DNA of 64,000 bases, from positions 2,790,001 through 2,854,000 of the forward strand of contig NW_026781970.1 in the NCBI RefSeq assembly GCF_031769215.1. The letters are read 5' to 3'. This document shows positions 28,601 through 40,700 of this stretch, one piece after another. The translations under genes and the position numbers were made by a program. The first letter of the stretch is position 1, and the number at the start of each line of letters is the position of its first letter. Source of the DNA: Ylistrum balloti (lineage: Eukaryota). The notes under the pieces were generated by a model. That model searched no databases. It was given only the letters and a program-made list of their open reading frames with translations, and was not told the origin of the DNA.

Positions 28601-29125
28601 CTGATAACAAAGGTAATGACAGTCATTGTTGATATTACTGATTTTAAGCATATGTAGTTAAGATACTGAGTAAAGATATGGTTTTGCATATTTGTACAAA
28701 TCATCCAGTTTTCTACAAGAATCTAATACTTCAAGAAAATAATTTTGAAATCTGAGAATTGTGAAATTAATTCAGAAGTTTTCACACATCGTCTCCTTAA
28801 AGAAATTGTGAGTTTTGTGGTAAAAACTGTATTTTTCTTGTCAACAGTAACAATTTAAAAACTGCTTTATTGAAATCAGAATATTTTACAATTTTTCTTT
28901 CTTGCTATATTGATGCTTTTTGTTTTAATCCAATTCTGGTCTCATAAAATGGCATTTACTTTATTTACAGATTCTTCGTCAGTATTGAAGTTTGCGATGT
29001 TCCTTCCAACACAGTATCATTTGTTGCTGAGCTGTTGTGAAACGAATGATAACATTTGTGTCTCCATTGCAACAGATTTTTACCCCATTTTGCCCTATGT
29101 TGATGAATTCCTTACAAAACTTTGA
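10670..29125 (+). CDS. AP5B1: AP-5 complex subunit beta-1, complete, 25 coding exons, 883 aa
   Basis: Exons 10670-10786, 11460-11554, 12609-12738, 13799-13930, 14374-14486, 14859-14904, 15399-15554, 16020-16094, 17412-17549, 17890-18043, 18882-19035, 19665-19754, 20702-20837, 21678-21813, 22956-23056, 23592-23661, 24098-24161, 24756-24817, 25029-25102, 25360-25435, 25953-25982, 26504-26567, 26907-27077, 28500-28612, 28971-29125; all GT-AG, phases close, sum 2652 nt. Motifs recalling human AP5B1: WERKLQTIRAN...DLLKVL...SKVELLVL, LRSCACQCLIQFE, IFKPLMLH, DIDVRDKSLFLYAL, LDDFMLP...FDLIW, FLPTQYHLLL...TDFYPILPYVDEFL. Confidence 0.9.
13082..13520 (+). repeat. Helentron/HINE-like non-autonomous element relic containing about 2.5 tandem units of ~152 bp
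   Basis: Units start at TTTCC 13147, 13300, 13451 (shared TTTACAGATTAATT-GAAACTTCACATG, TTTATTACCATAAAAGCCAGGTCA, CCCATTATTTACAGAGT-ATGGCCCT); 5' end TTTTTATATGCCGGTC resembles mollusc HINE starts (pattern recognition only). Confidence 0.55.
16927..17137. mobile_element. Degenerate MITE, Tc1/mariner-like ends
   Basis: TA|CTGTAAAATC at 16925-16936 and GAATTTACAG at 17128-17137 (9/10 inverted match); right TA duplication not intact. Confidence 0.3.
20885..21095 (+). repeat. Fragment of the ~150-bp GACTGATC...AAAATGGC satellite-like repeat family also at 27886-28420 and about 38290-38350
   Basis: Shared words CCTTGGTCCC...GTGCCC/AATGTCCC, TTTTGGGACTGAT-AGAAAAACAAAATGGC. Confidence 0.55.
26107..26206. 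repeat. 50-bp tandem duplication (2 copies)
   Basis: GGGTAAATTTA(A/T)GAAATGTAAAGAAATGATTTGTTTTGGTTTGCTC(T/A)CAA at 26107 and 26157. Confidence 0.9.
27886..28420 (+). repeat. Helentron/HINE-like relic with three ~150-bp internal tandem units
   Basis: TTTTGG(G/A)(A/T)CTGATC...AAAATGGC recurs near 28040, 28186, 28343; preceded by decayed CGTC microsatellite (CATCCGTGGTCCACCGTCC) as in HINE 5' regions. Confidence 0.55.
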
Positions 29126-31364
29126 AATTTTCTCAGTACAAATGAGATTGAAATGAGTGCAGAGTTAATTAAAACTTATATATACATTGTTTAACATATT
29201 TGATAATTTTAAGATAAAAACAAACTTCCACTGACAATACAGTGTACCTGGTCAAATGAAGATGGAACTCAAATTGTACTGATACTGCTTAATATATAGA
29301 ATTTTCTGTGTGTACTGAAAACGGTTTTAATTTCTTCTACCAAAAAATTAAAAAAAAAAACATTGTGCCAATGTGCATTCAAGTAGATCATGCAAAACAA
29401 TTTCCAATTTCCAAAGCAGAAATGAAAAATTAGAACTTGATATCTGTTTTGTAAATGGCTGTGTGGTTGTGCAACACAATTTTGAATAAAATTATTCGGT
29501 GAATTACAGCCCCCAACCAAAACACTACCTTACCATGGTGAATCCATCCATCAAGTATGAAGTTCAGGTGACAAGAAAGGCAGGAGATGGGGCCTGGACA
29601 TACTTTTAATTTGATGTAGGTGAAAGGTCAAACTATAGGTCAGGGTGACCTACTACTGATTCCTAACACACTACCTCATCAACATAAACAGATACCCTTG
29701 AAGTGACAAGTAATGTAATTCAGGGACTAGTGAATCAATTTTCCATGATAAAATTTGGATTTTCAGGGAAACATGAGTGCTCATCTAATAACAATGGCAG
29801 AGAAATATTTTGATAATATATATTCATTAAAGGAGTATCGTTATAGCAAAGCAGTGCTGACATTGTATAATTTTAACACATTCTTTACTCAATTATTTTT
29901 CATCAAAACTCATATTAAGGTCTTTTGACATAAATTCTGGAGACTTTTAAGTAAAGGAGATTTATCTCAAATCAAATATGCATCACAGTAACATATATTT
30001 GGAATTTTATTGACTTTGTAAGAATGATACAGAAGCTAGAATTTTACTATTTACTATGGCTGCCACTCCTATTTTCTGGTTGAATGTGGTCCATTGAAAT
30101 TTGTCTTACAAGCCACAGAGGGAGATAGACAGATTGATGTAAATTATTATAGAAAGTTGTTAATGTTATAACAGGTCATATGTTACTGTTTTAAATTTGA
30201 TTGTACAAGGTAACAGTCACAGTGTATAAATCTATTTGTATGAAAGGGTAGTGCAATAAAACAATTATACATTATACTGAATTTCTGATTATTGTTAATA
30301 TTCTAATGCATTCCTGATATAAATCCAAAGCAGCTAGAGTATAGCAAGGTTTCTCTTCAATAATTAGTGTATATTTTTAGGCAGTCTGATTCAAAGGTAG
30401 TCATTGTGTTTAGATGATCATCTTTTCACCATTTAGATTAAGCTAAAAAATGTCATTGGTTCTGAACAAGTGTTGCTTTTATTTGAATGTCAGAAATCTA
30501 AGATGACAATGTTAAGGAAAAGATGCTGAAAAGTGTAAGTGTACAGTTTACACTTCAGCAAGTTTGTAACAAGATTGGTCAATCATGACTTCTCTGAAAA
30601 AGCACTTATTTCAAGCTTCTTCTAAAGTTCCACCAGTGAGCTTTTGCTCGAACTTGTTGTTTGAAAGACTCTTTAATTATCCTTACCTAATTTAATTTTT
30701 CATCTTGGTATCAAACCAAGGATGGCAACCATGGTTGGCATTTTGAAAAACTTAAAACTTCTTTGCTGCCATTACAGCTAAAAATTTGTGGGAATGAAAC
30801 TGAAATCGAGACAATGTTGTTTTTGTCTCCTTTACTACTAAAATCCATAATTGTTTTAATCATTTAATTAGAAGGTGAAGTATTGTGAGCTATTCGTAGC
30901 ATTTATCCTCTGGACTACCTTCAATATAAAAAGTGAACCAAGGACCTAACTCTTTCACAAGAGGGCTACAAACTCGTTTTTATTTGACAGCACACTATTA
31001 GATCAAGTGATACTGTGATGCAGGGTAAGAGATTCTTACATAGTGGAGCATGAGATCTAGAATGACAAATGTGAAAACTGCTTACTTCATTCATGATATT
31101 AGTGGGGACCTAGGACTTAAGTTTACAAGTAGCTATTAGGCAATTGTTAGGAAAATTCATGACACTTTTCAACTTTGGTGGAACAATATAAAATGAATAA
31201 TAATAAAAAAAATTCTATATCAACCTTATTGAAAGAGTTTATATCTTGATGTAGGTCCTGTGTGTTTGACTGTTGATATTTGAAAAGAGCTTGGTATTAT
31301 CCATGAACAAATTTATGCAACATTGTATAAACTCTGGAGTAATACAAGAAGTCACAAGATGTCC

Positions 31365-32312
31365 AACAAGAGGGCCATGGCCCCTAACAGTCATCTGATA
31401 ATCGATGAATGGATGGGAGAATCACAGACGATGAATTCCTGCGATGATATTTCAGACCACATTTGGTATAAATCCATTCAAGTATTAAGGAAGAACAGCG
31501 TTTTGAAGCAAAATAATTAACTAACTTTCCCTTGAGGGTCAAATCAATTTTCTGAATTTAAGAAATGATTTTCCATCTTTAATGATGTTTCAGACCAAAT
31601 TTGGTTGAAATTCATTCAACCATTAAGAACAAGAGGGCCAAGGCACTTAACAGTTATCTGACAATCGATGAATGGATGTGCAAACCAAAGGATTCGCTGA
31701 TGGTGGTCTGACAAATATGATGAATTCAAAGTTTGAATATTCCTTGAAAGTATCCGAAAATCATAAATGGTAGGTTCTGTGCATGAAAAAAGGTTGCACC
31801 ATCATGTTACAAAATAACTCCTGTGGTTACCATGTTGGAAGTTTTGATCAGACTGAAAAGTAACAACAAATCATCTCTTTCTTATCTTCAAAAATATCAA
31901 ACATGTTAAGAAATTCAGACTATTTGTTCTAGATGAGTTATGTTGGATTTTGGACCAAAGCATTAAAATACAATTTGGTCAGGACAATGTAAGCATCACT
32001 TCATGCATGTTTAATATCATTGCCACTCCCTGTTAACATTTAAGGTCAAATTTGGTTGAAATCTACCAAGGCATTGAGGAGGAGTAGTGTTTTGAAGCAA
32101 TATATTGTCTAATTTCCCCATTTGGAGCCCCACCCCAAGTCCCTAGGTGTCAAATTAACTTTCTGGATTTATAAAATGGTTTCCACCCACAATGATGTAT
32201 TGTACCATGTTTGGTTTAAATCCATGTGGGCATAAAGCAAGGTGGTGGACAATGACAGACAATACACAACAGCAATGGGTCATCTTGACCCTCTGGGTCA
32301 GATGACCTAAAA
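31365..32312. mobile_element. Helentron-associated non-autonomous element (HINE-like), with duplicated start
   Basis: AACAAGAGGGCCA(T/A)GGC...AACAGT(C/T)ATCTGA at 31365 and 31628; terminal hairpin GGTCATCTTGACCC-TCT-GGGTCAGATGACC followed by TAAAAA at 32278-32312, whose arm matches the subterminal GTCATCTGA. Confidence 0.55.
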
Positions 32313-33483
32313 AATTGATGGTAAAAGATAAATAATATCAATATATTAAGGCACAATTAGAGCATTAACCTAATATATACAGAAAGTTCTGTCGAGTTCA
32401 GTGGAATGCTTTTGAAGTTGAAAGGAAAGTTAACACTAATTTTGTGGGTTTTATTTTTTACTATATTTAGATGGTAACAGAAAAAATATGAAAAATGAAA
32501 TGTCATCAATAGTAAAAGGCACTAACCTAATATATACAAAATGTTTAGTTTAGTTAACGGGAATGGTTTTGAAGTTGTAGTCTGGAAATGAAAGTAAACA
32601 TTAATTTTGTGTCTTTTGGCTATGATTCCATGGTAACAAACACAAAAAAAAAAGATCTAAAATAAAATGTTGTCAATAGAAAAGGCACAACTAGGGCACT
32701 AACTTAAAAAAGCAAGCTTTGTGAAATTGAGTTCAACGATTATGAAGTTATAGCTTGGAAAAGCCCTTGGACGGAAGGAGCCTAAATTTATATTCCCGCA
32801 AACGCATTTTGTCAGAGATAAACATCATACCTGGTACGTGTAATACTTGAGCAAAATAATCTTTAAAAATATGTCAAAGATCGGAAAGAATGATAACAAA
32901 TACTGTAAGGTTAATAAACATGACAAACTTTATTAAGGTTATGATATTCCTCTTACATTTTCAACACAATTCTAATCATTCATAAACACTATAAAAAACA
33001 ATTATAGTAGTAGCTCCATTCTCTCGTAACTATTAACCATTTACTCACATTTTTCAGTAGCTATATAGATCAGTCAGTAAATCTGACCAGTCAGAAGCAA
33101 CCAGAAAAATCTCATCATCAGGAAATTATCTTTTGATATGATTGTTTAAATATAGACATTATTGTCAATTACTTCAGACATCAAAGACAGTCAGTCTTCA
33201 CCAATTCAATGACTTTTCACACTTTACATATACCTTCCCAAAAATGTACACAACAATGAAAAAATCATGCAAAACATCATCTTATGGAGATCACAGCTTT
33301 GGGCAAATAAAAATAAAAAGTTTTGTGGAAGAAGAAGACGAATGGATTTGAATAGCCTTGTACCCCTATGTAGCATATAACTCACTGGTATCCTAAAATC
33401 CTTAAATCACATTTGTAGAATGTGGGATAATTTTTCAAAGAGCCATTTTAGCATCAAGTTTGAAATTTTGGTCCACCATATTG

Positions 33484-36400
33484 TCATATGTAGAGTGATC
33501 CATCTGAAGGGCCTACATAACCAATGGCAATAAGAATTACGTCCACAAGGGTCCATACACCAAGACCACCAAAGCTAAATAATTTACCGATCCCTTCTCT
33601 CCAAAGTCCAAGATAGAAGCGATCAACACCAAATCCACCAAGTGTCACACTAAAAACAAAGCAGAGAAAAGATTTAATTGTATTAAAAGCCCTCCTGATC
33701 CTTACTTGCTGAGGAATTATATAAAGATCTACAACTATGTAATTAAAGGAAATTGATCAGTGATTGGTTTGTACTAAATACATAAAATATGTACCCAGGT
33801 ATATGTTTGTATATCCAACACTTTAAACGGACAGTTAACTTATTAATGTATTACATAAAGTTTTATAAAATCAATTAAAAAAACTAATTTGGGGTCTGAA
33901 GTATCTAATTAAAGAGGACAAAAAAATAAACAAATGATAACATTTGTAGGAACCATTTTTATAAACATGATATAAAATGATTTTTTATCATAAAGGAACT
34001 CTCACCTTAGTAATAGAGCTGTAGACCATTTGTATCCACTTGTCCAGTTGCAGGGAAGAGACTTGTGAAATTGTCTTTTACCTTTGAATATTAACATACA
34101 TAGCTATAGACTACAAATCTCTGTCAGTGGAAAAATTGTCTTTGTCTTGACCCATATTTAAATTTTTTCAGATAAACTGCAAGGCTGATTCATTACATTT
34201 GGTTGTTCCGTTTGTGGATGAAGCCTGACAACAGTTGAGAAAAGAAATGACCATGACTGATATTCAAGGCCCTTGGGTTCATATTCATTTGAACACTCTA
34301 AAGGACTTCCTCTGAATAACTCAATGGTCCTTTTTTAAGTGTGTGAAGTTTGATAACAATCTCCAAAGAAATGAAGCAGCTACAGTGCTGACAAGGATTT
34401 TCAAGGAAGAATAATGGTTACTTGGACCTTAGAACCACAAAATTCCAATCCAATAAATGATAGTACTTTATAAGTGTGAAGATTGATGAAAATCCCTCCA
34501 GCAATGAAGCTGTTAGAGCATTGACAATGATTTCAAGGAATAGTAGTGGTGACCTTGGCCCTAGAATCCTGAAATTTTAAATGGTCTGAGATTGGCTATT
34601 ATATTGAATATTATAATTTTAGCTTATTGAAAATATTTAAACGTAAGAAATTGCATTCAAGATTGGATAATAATTTAGTGAGGAAGGATTGGGGTAAATA
34701 ATAAGAGTTGTCTCCTCTTACCCAAGCAGATAACTTCACTCTTCACCTGACACTTGGCGATAAATGTCTGACTGGGTGCTGTAACAACTGTACAGGTGGA
34801 AGAAGAATTACAGGTGTAGAGCGAAGGGTCCAATTGGTAACAGTACTTGCATTCATACTGAAGGTTGAAGGTCTTCTTCCCCTGTAAAATATCATATTGT
34901 TATATTCTTCTTTAATCTTCTGTAAAATTTCAAAATTATCAACAGACACAGTAATGAAAATGTGATCAGCTGGTGGTGAGACAATAAAACTTTGTTATAC
35001 AAAGAACAATTATTTTAGAAAAAATGCTTCAGTAAACATTTGACATCATAAACAACAAACTAAACAACTTACTGTACAATTTATTTCACTCTTCACAGTG
35101 CATTGTGCTGTTTCTTTATTTCCATACTGGCAATTAGTGTTGAGGTTACATTCAATACATTCTGCTCCTAGTTTATGACACTCGACACCATCAGGGCAGA
35201 ACTCGTTCTGATTTCTAGAAGAAATTTGGTCTTCTGAAGAGGGTTCGATAGACTTTGGAGTAGTAACATTTATCTGTACCTGAGGTGAAGCTCCTGCTTT
35301 CACAGTGGTATATTGTTCTGATGAAGTTGAAGTAGGTGCAATATTGTTTTCTGAAATATCAAATTATATAGCATTATTACTGCCACTAGCACTTCGATAA
35401 TTTCTGTGTAATCTGCTGAGTCTACAAACTGTGCCCAATCCGACTATTTTAAGTCCGGCTGTATATGGAAAGCATAGGAATATTAAACACTTCCCTAATT
35501 TTCTTTTCTGACCAATAAAATTTCATAAATCAAATATTAATGTGTGATCTGCTAAAACCAATTTAACAGTTGCAGATATGTAATAAAACTATGGTTAAGA
35601 CACGCCTCTCTTTCTGCTATTGAGTTAAGGCTCTAAACAATTTGTTAAATAAACCAACTACTTAACAGTCAATGAATTTATCATCAGTAATGGCACTTGC
35701 ATGAAATGTGGCGTCCAAGCAAGGCTCTTCAAATATTAGAGTTTGGCAATTAATATTGGAGACTGGACAAAGTTATGTCCCTTACCAAATGTGGTGACTT
35801 TACAGAAAAAGTCCCAGTTAATTAAACCCTTACAAATTTTGAATTGTAATTAGCATGATTTAAGGAGACAAGTGAAGAAACCAAAATGAAATGAAGTTCT
35901 GGAATATATGAATACAAACAGATAAAGAAATTTATATGTTCAGTTTTTGATTTACATTTTGTCATCAGGAAAGCAAAAAATAAATAATCAAGATGCAGAA
36001 GTGTATCTCTTGTCATTTTCTCATGAGAGTGAGTACATTGCAAATTGCTGCTCTGGTACCAAGATATTTGCAGTCAACGCAAATAAATCCAAATAATAAT
36101 ATATCCTGAAAAGTGTTCTCAAGTTGGTTGTAAAATAATCTTTGAATTATATACATATGCCATTGTATATATTTATAGATATACCAAAGGGTAATATTCA
36201 ATCGCAACAAGTCCAGGGTACCAGAAGAGTAATTTATTACAATCTGTCTACAGGTTTTGCCCGAACATGTGGGCTTCTTCAGGACCAAGAATTTGCTGAA
36301 ATTTTAGTAGTTTGTTACCATGACAGTGTTGTTGCTTTTAAGACAGGTATTTAGAAATAAATTCCTTCTATAAAGTTGTAGTGTTAAGTTGGAATTAGCA

Positions 36401-37519
36401 GTATTTTTGCATTTTTAGCATTTTTTCAGTCCATGACCATGCCAATCACATGTCAGAAATCAGCAAACTTTTTTATTTACACAAATTTTATCTCTCTACT
36501 ATTAATGTGATAGTTATGTATTTTATAAATATATATATTTTTAATGATGCGTTTTTCAAAACTAAACTGCTATACCTGTATATCTCAAAAATGACCAATA
36601 ATTTCAGGAAAAATGCAAATTAGCTGTTTCTTGCGACAGTAGTACATATTGTTATAGGGGAGATAATAATCAGGAAATAATACTTGTGCATAACTGACTT
36701 TCATCTTTAAGATGATAACACAGCCATGCAGGAAAACCTCAAATAATCAATCAACCAATTGATAATTAAATACAACTCCTGATTTACTTCAACAAAGACT
36801 AAGGCCCACTATTCCCTTGTTCTGATTGCCTTGTTCAAGCCTCTGTCAGTTTCAGTAATTGCTACACTCCTGTAAGGCTTTGCTTTTTTCATATTTTTTT
36901 GTAATGTTTTCTTGATTCAGTAATAATTGGCATGACATTACAATCATAATCGAGAAAACAAATATTATGTTTTTTGATACATAGACCTTTAGACGGTATG
37001 AAAATGAATTTTTACATTTATGAATTCAACAAATAACATCGGTTCCTTAGAGCTTGGATCATGATGCAGTGGAAATGTAAAATTCTACATCAACAATTTT
37101 TTATGTATAACTTGACAATCTGGCCCCATGCAAATGTTTTACAGCGTGATAACCCTATTGGAAACAAGCTGTCGACTAACAGTTATCATGGAACATCCAA
37201 AGTAGTAAAGGTCCAAGACATATGATCATGATCGTAATTGATTATTTGTGTGATGTTGACAATTTCCTCCGATAATAATAGACCATACAATCCCTACATC
37301 TACTCTCAGTACATTATCTGCCTAGTAACAATTCATACTAAATCAGTATCGGTGTTTCTATTATTGTCAAAGAGGCTGGACTAATGTATTCGTCTTAATT
37401 AATTCAGCTTGTTAAGTAAACCGATTTTTACCATTAGTTGCTGTATGTAGACAAGGTATACTCGACAGAGTTAAAAAAGTCAATACAGTCCATTTAACCC
37501 TTAATGACAACAAATCCAT
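33484..37519 (-). CDS. TM2D3: TM2 domain-containing protein 3 (almondex-like), complete, 5 exons, 255 aa
   Basis: Exons 37519-37432, 35350-35073, 34881-34722, 34081-34006, 33649-33484 (768 nt, phases close). Signal-peptide-like N-terminus, Cys-rich ectodomain (CPDGVECHKLGAECIEC...CKYCYQL), CNWTSGYKWSTALLLSVTLGGFGVDRFYLG...GKLFSFGGLGVWTLVDVILIAIGYVGPSDGSLYI*. Confidence 0.95.
36182..36285 (-). mobile_element. Penelope-like pseudo-LTR fragment carrying a hammerhead motif; single-arm sister of the 47232-47419 fold-back
   Basis: About 100 nt nearly identical to the right arm of 47232-47419 (AAAGGGTAATATTCAATCGCAACAAGTCCAGGGTACCAGAAGAG...TTTATTACAATCTGTCTAC...GCCCGAACATGTGGGCTTCTTCAGG). Confidence 0.8.
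36246..36285 (-). ncRNA. Minimal type-I hammerhead ribozyme motif, G12 mutated to A (probably inactive)
   Basis: 5'-GUC CUGAAGA A GCCC-ACAUGUUC-GGGC AAAAC CU GUA GAC-3': stem I GUC/GAC, stem II 4 bp, GUA site; GAAA core reads AAAA. Confidence 0.6.
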
Positions 37520-37702
37520 CAGATCTTCGGCATCGGCAGCAACATCACGGAAGTAAACAGGGGTTTACCGGAAGTAAGATGGAAAAGTAACAGCCAATCA
37601 GCTCTTTTGTTATATTACAGGGAATTCCTGCAGACGTATGAAGAGGAGAGGGTAGTATGCCCGTCTACTTCTTTTCTGAATTAAAATCAGTTGTGTGTCA
37701 AG
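37520..37702. promoter_or_regulatory. Bidirectional promoter shared by TM2D3 and PTS
   Basis: 183 bp between the two divergent ATGs; ETS/GABP-type CGGAAGTA (37548-37555) and ACCGGAAGTA (37567-37576) bridged by the palindrome GTAAAC-AGG-GTTTAC; CCAAT at 37594-37598. Confidence 0.75.
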
Positions 37703-40700
37703 ATGAATGGAACGATACTGCAGAAAAATCCTGTTGTGTATATCAGCAGAACAGAATCGTTCTCTGCCTGCCATAGACTCAACAGGCAAGTATTGTTATG
37801 TTTTTTTTTTTGCTTATTGTAAAATAAGGGGCATGTGATGATATTTCTTTATATATAACTGTATCATTGAACACATTAAAGCTTGTGAATGTTTAGATTT
37901 AATTCAGTTAAATTCAAGGAAAGTGTCTATTTCATTTTCAGAAGTTAAGCTAGCCATCATACTCGCATACGAAGATCCCCCTTCCTCCAGAAACTTGTAT
38001 CTGAAAAAGTAATACAAAATTGAGGAATGGATATAATCAATTTCTCTGAACCATTTTTTGTGTATACAGGAAATTCTGTTCAGTGAAAATGTCTATTACT
38101 CAAATAATTTCGTTTTCAGAAGTTGAACTGGCCACCATACTCACATATGACGAGAATTTTTTTTTTACATTTCAATTAAATGTTTAAAACTTTTTTTTTT
38201 ATTTCTTTTTCCAGAAATGTCTGATATAGTATTATATGTCCCTGCTTTTCAAATCAATATTTTTATGAAAAAAAAATCTATGTCATGTGTGTTCTTTTGA
38301 TTTTGGGACACTAGATCAGAAAATCAAAGTGGCCAACAGATGGTCATCTTAACGCACTGAACCATTTTTTGTGTATGCAAGAACTATAGAAGTGCATATC
38401 AATTCTACTCTGTGTTTACTTTAACAATTAAGAGTTCATTAACACAAAAAAATGGTTCATGAGCTTGGAATTTTCTTGGTACTCATTGTACTTGTAAATA
38501 TATCATATGTACATGATCAAGGCTTTTACACTCTGGATTGTATTAGGCGCTGGTACCATTTGGAACCCCTTGCTGCACAACCAAATGTATTTGGTAGAAA
38601 GATGAATGGCAAGTGTTTTCCATTTTATTTTCATGGTTTATAATTTGGATAGATATGCTAATTCAGTATCCTCAGGTGAGAGGTTGATCTTTTCTTATTG
38701 TCAATAAAGGTCAGATGATGTTGGTCTTATGTACAGTCAATGATTCAATCATGGAATCTAAAATATCTGCTTTTTAGGTCACCTTATCATATATATCAAT
38801 CTCTAGACCATCAGTAAAGTTATTGCCATCTGCTTTTAAAACATCAAACATTCGATTGTACTGGGGAAGTCTTATATTTCAAGCAGATTCCTTGGTTTTA
38901 TTGTCTGTCTTGATAAAACTTTACAACCTGAACCTACACATCTACCTCTCATTGTCAGAAGGGTTCTGTATTATGTGTTTAAAGTCTCTGTCTCAGTAAA
39001 AGATGTAGAAAGTAATGTCAAAAGAACATGGGGTATGTAATATAATGTTGGAAGATTTGTATAGTAACTATCGGTCATATAATATATTGTATTTAATGTC
39101 CTAATCATAATTGACATATAGTTATAGTATAACATCATGGAAATGTGATACATGTGTATCACTATTGCACTACAAAGGTGTTGAGGTATTTGAATGCCCT
39201 TGAAATCTCCGTGTTAAGGTTTGCCACACAGTCTATATAAAACATTAAAGTGATATTGTCAGAGTAGTGTCAGCTGTTTCAAACCTCTAGAAATATGCTA
39301 ATTTTGCTATCTCCTTCGTCGCAGAAATTCAGTTTTGATCATTAAGATAAGCAAACCATAATTAGCATATTAACTTGTGATAACAGGGACGTATAATACA
39401 CATATATATAATATTATACGTCCCAGGTGATAATGAGCAATTAAAATATATTTTATATATATGTAGTACTGTATATGACCACTTTAGGGTGCATGCCTTG
39501 GCTGAGTGTCCAGTTGCATTCAGAAATGATGAAAAAAAATGACAACACCTACTTTTTTATTTAGGATATATAATTAGTCTATAAATAATATCAAATGGAT
39601 TCTTGGAAATCACACTATAGTCTGTTTCAAATTTCTACTTACTCTCAGTTGAACTGGAAGCTGTCTGCTACCCAAATATCCCCTATAGTCTGTTTCATAA
39701 AACTCGAATTTAAGTCTTATTAAAGTGTACGCTGAGAGTAATTTTATATTTAAATATAATGTTAAGAATGCCGTAAAAATAATAATGATGAAAACCCCGT
39801 CAAAATCCGTCGCCCCAGTGTCGAGTTATTAAAGCTCAAAGTTGTCGATTTTCACCTGTCCGCCCAGACCTAATCAGCCGAATCGTCATTTCCGCGGAAT
39901 CGAGGCTCTTCTACTCGTGACGTCATAAGTTCAACAGAAATGGCAGTCAACATGACTGACAGTGACAACGACACCGCAACTGAGAGCGATTTGAGCATGA
40001 GTTTTGAGGAGTCTGATTATGGTGTGAATGGTATGTCTGAAGACGGAATCCAGCCCTACCGATTTGAACTGGAATTACAAGACGATGTATCAAGTGAGGA
40101 GGAAAATGACCCTTCGAAAAGTGACGATCGCTTGGGCAACATAGATTGGCACGTACTTCACTGGGTCTCACCAGTAGTCACGATAGTAGTCGAACAGTGA
40201 ATCGTCGTTTCAAAGAAACAAAATAAAATTGGATGTGGTTTTGGACTAATTTTACTATCTTCAAGTCTCGATCAACAATTTCTGACGTCGGGAAATCGTG
40301 TTTGTGCAAGACCATGCATACATTCACGAGGTGTCGGGAATTTTTCTTTCCAGGGAATTTTCGTAGCACTTTGGATATATATAGATAGGGTGTCAACAAC
40401 CAATTATAACACCCTCCGCTGTGTTAATAATAAAAATTTGATGTTTTAGAAGTTTAAACAATTATTTGACTGGTTTTTACCCTAGCATTGGTACACGTCT
40501 GTTGTTAGCCGACAGGCGTGTCGCCTCACAGGTGTCACCATTGTTTTTTCCAGCCACAGAAGTGCTAATTACCTAACCTGGCACAGGTGTGATTATGAGT
40601 TATGAGCGCTAATTCACCGACCCCTCGTTCACTACCTTAGATATTGCGAAGATGTGAAGTACTTTCACGTAAATAAACAAAGAAATTACCACGGAAAATC

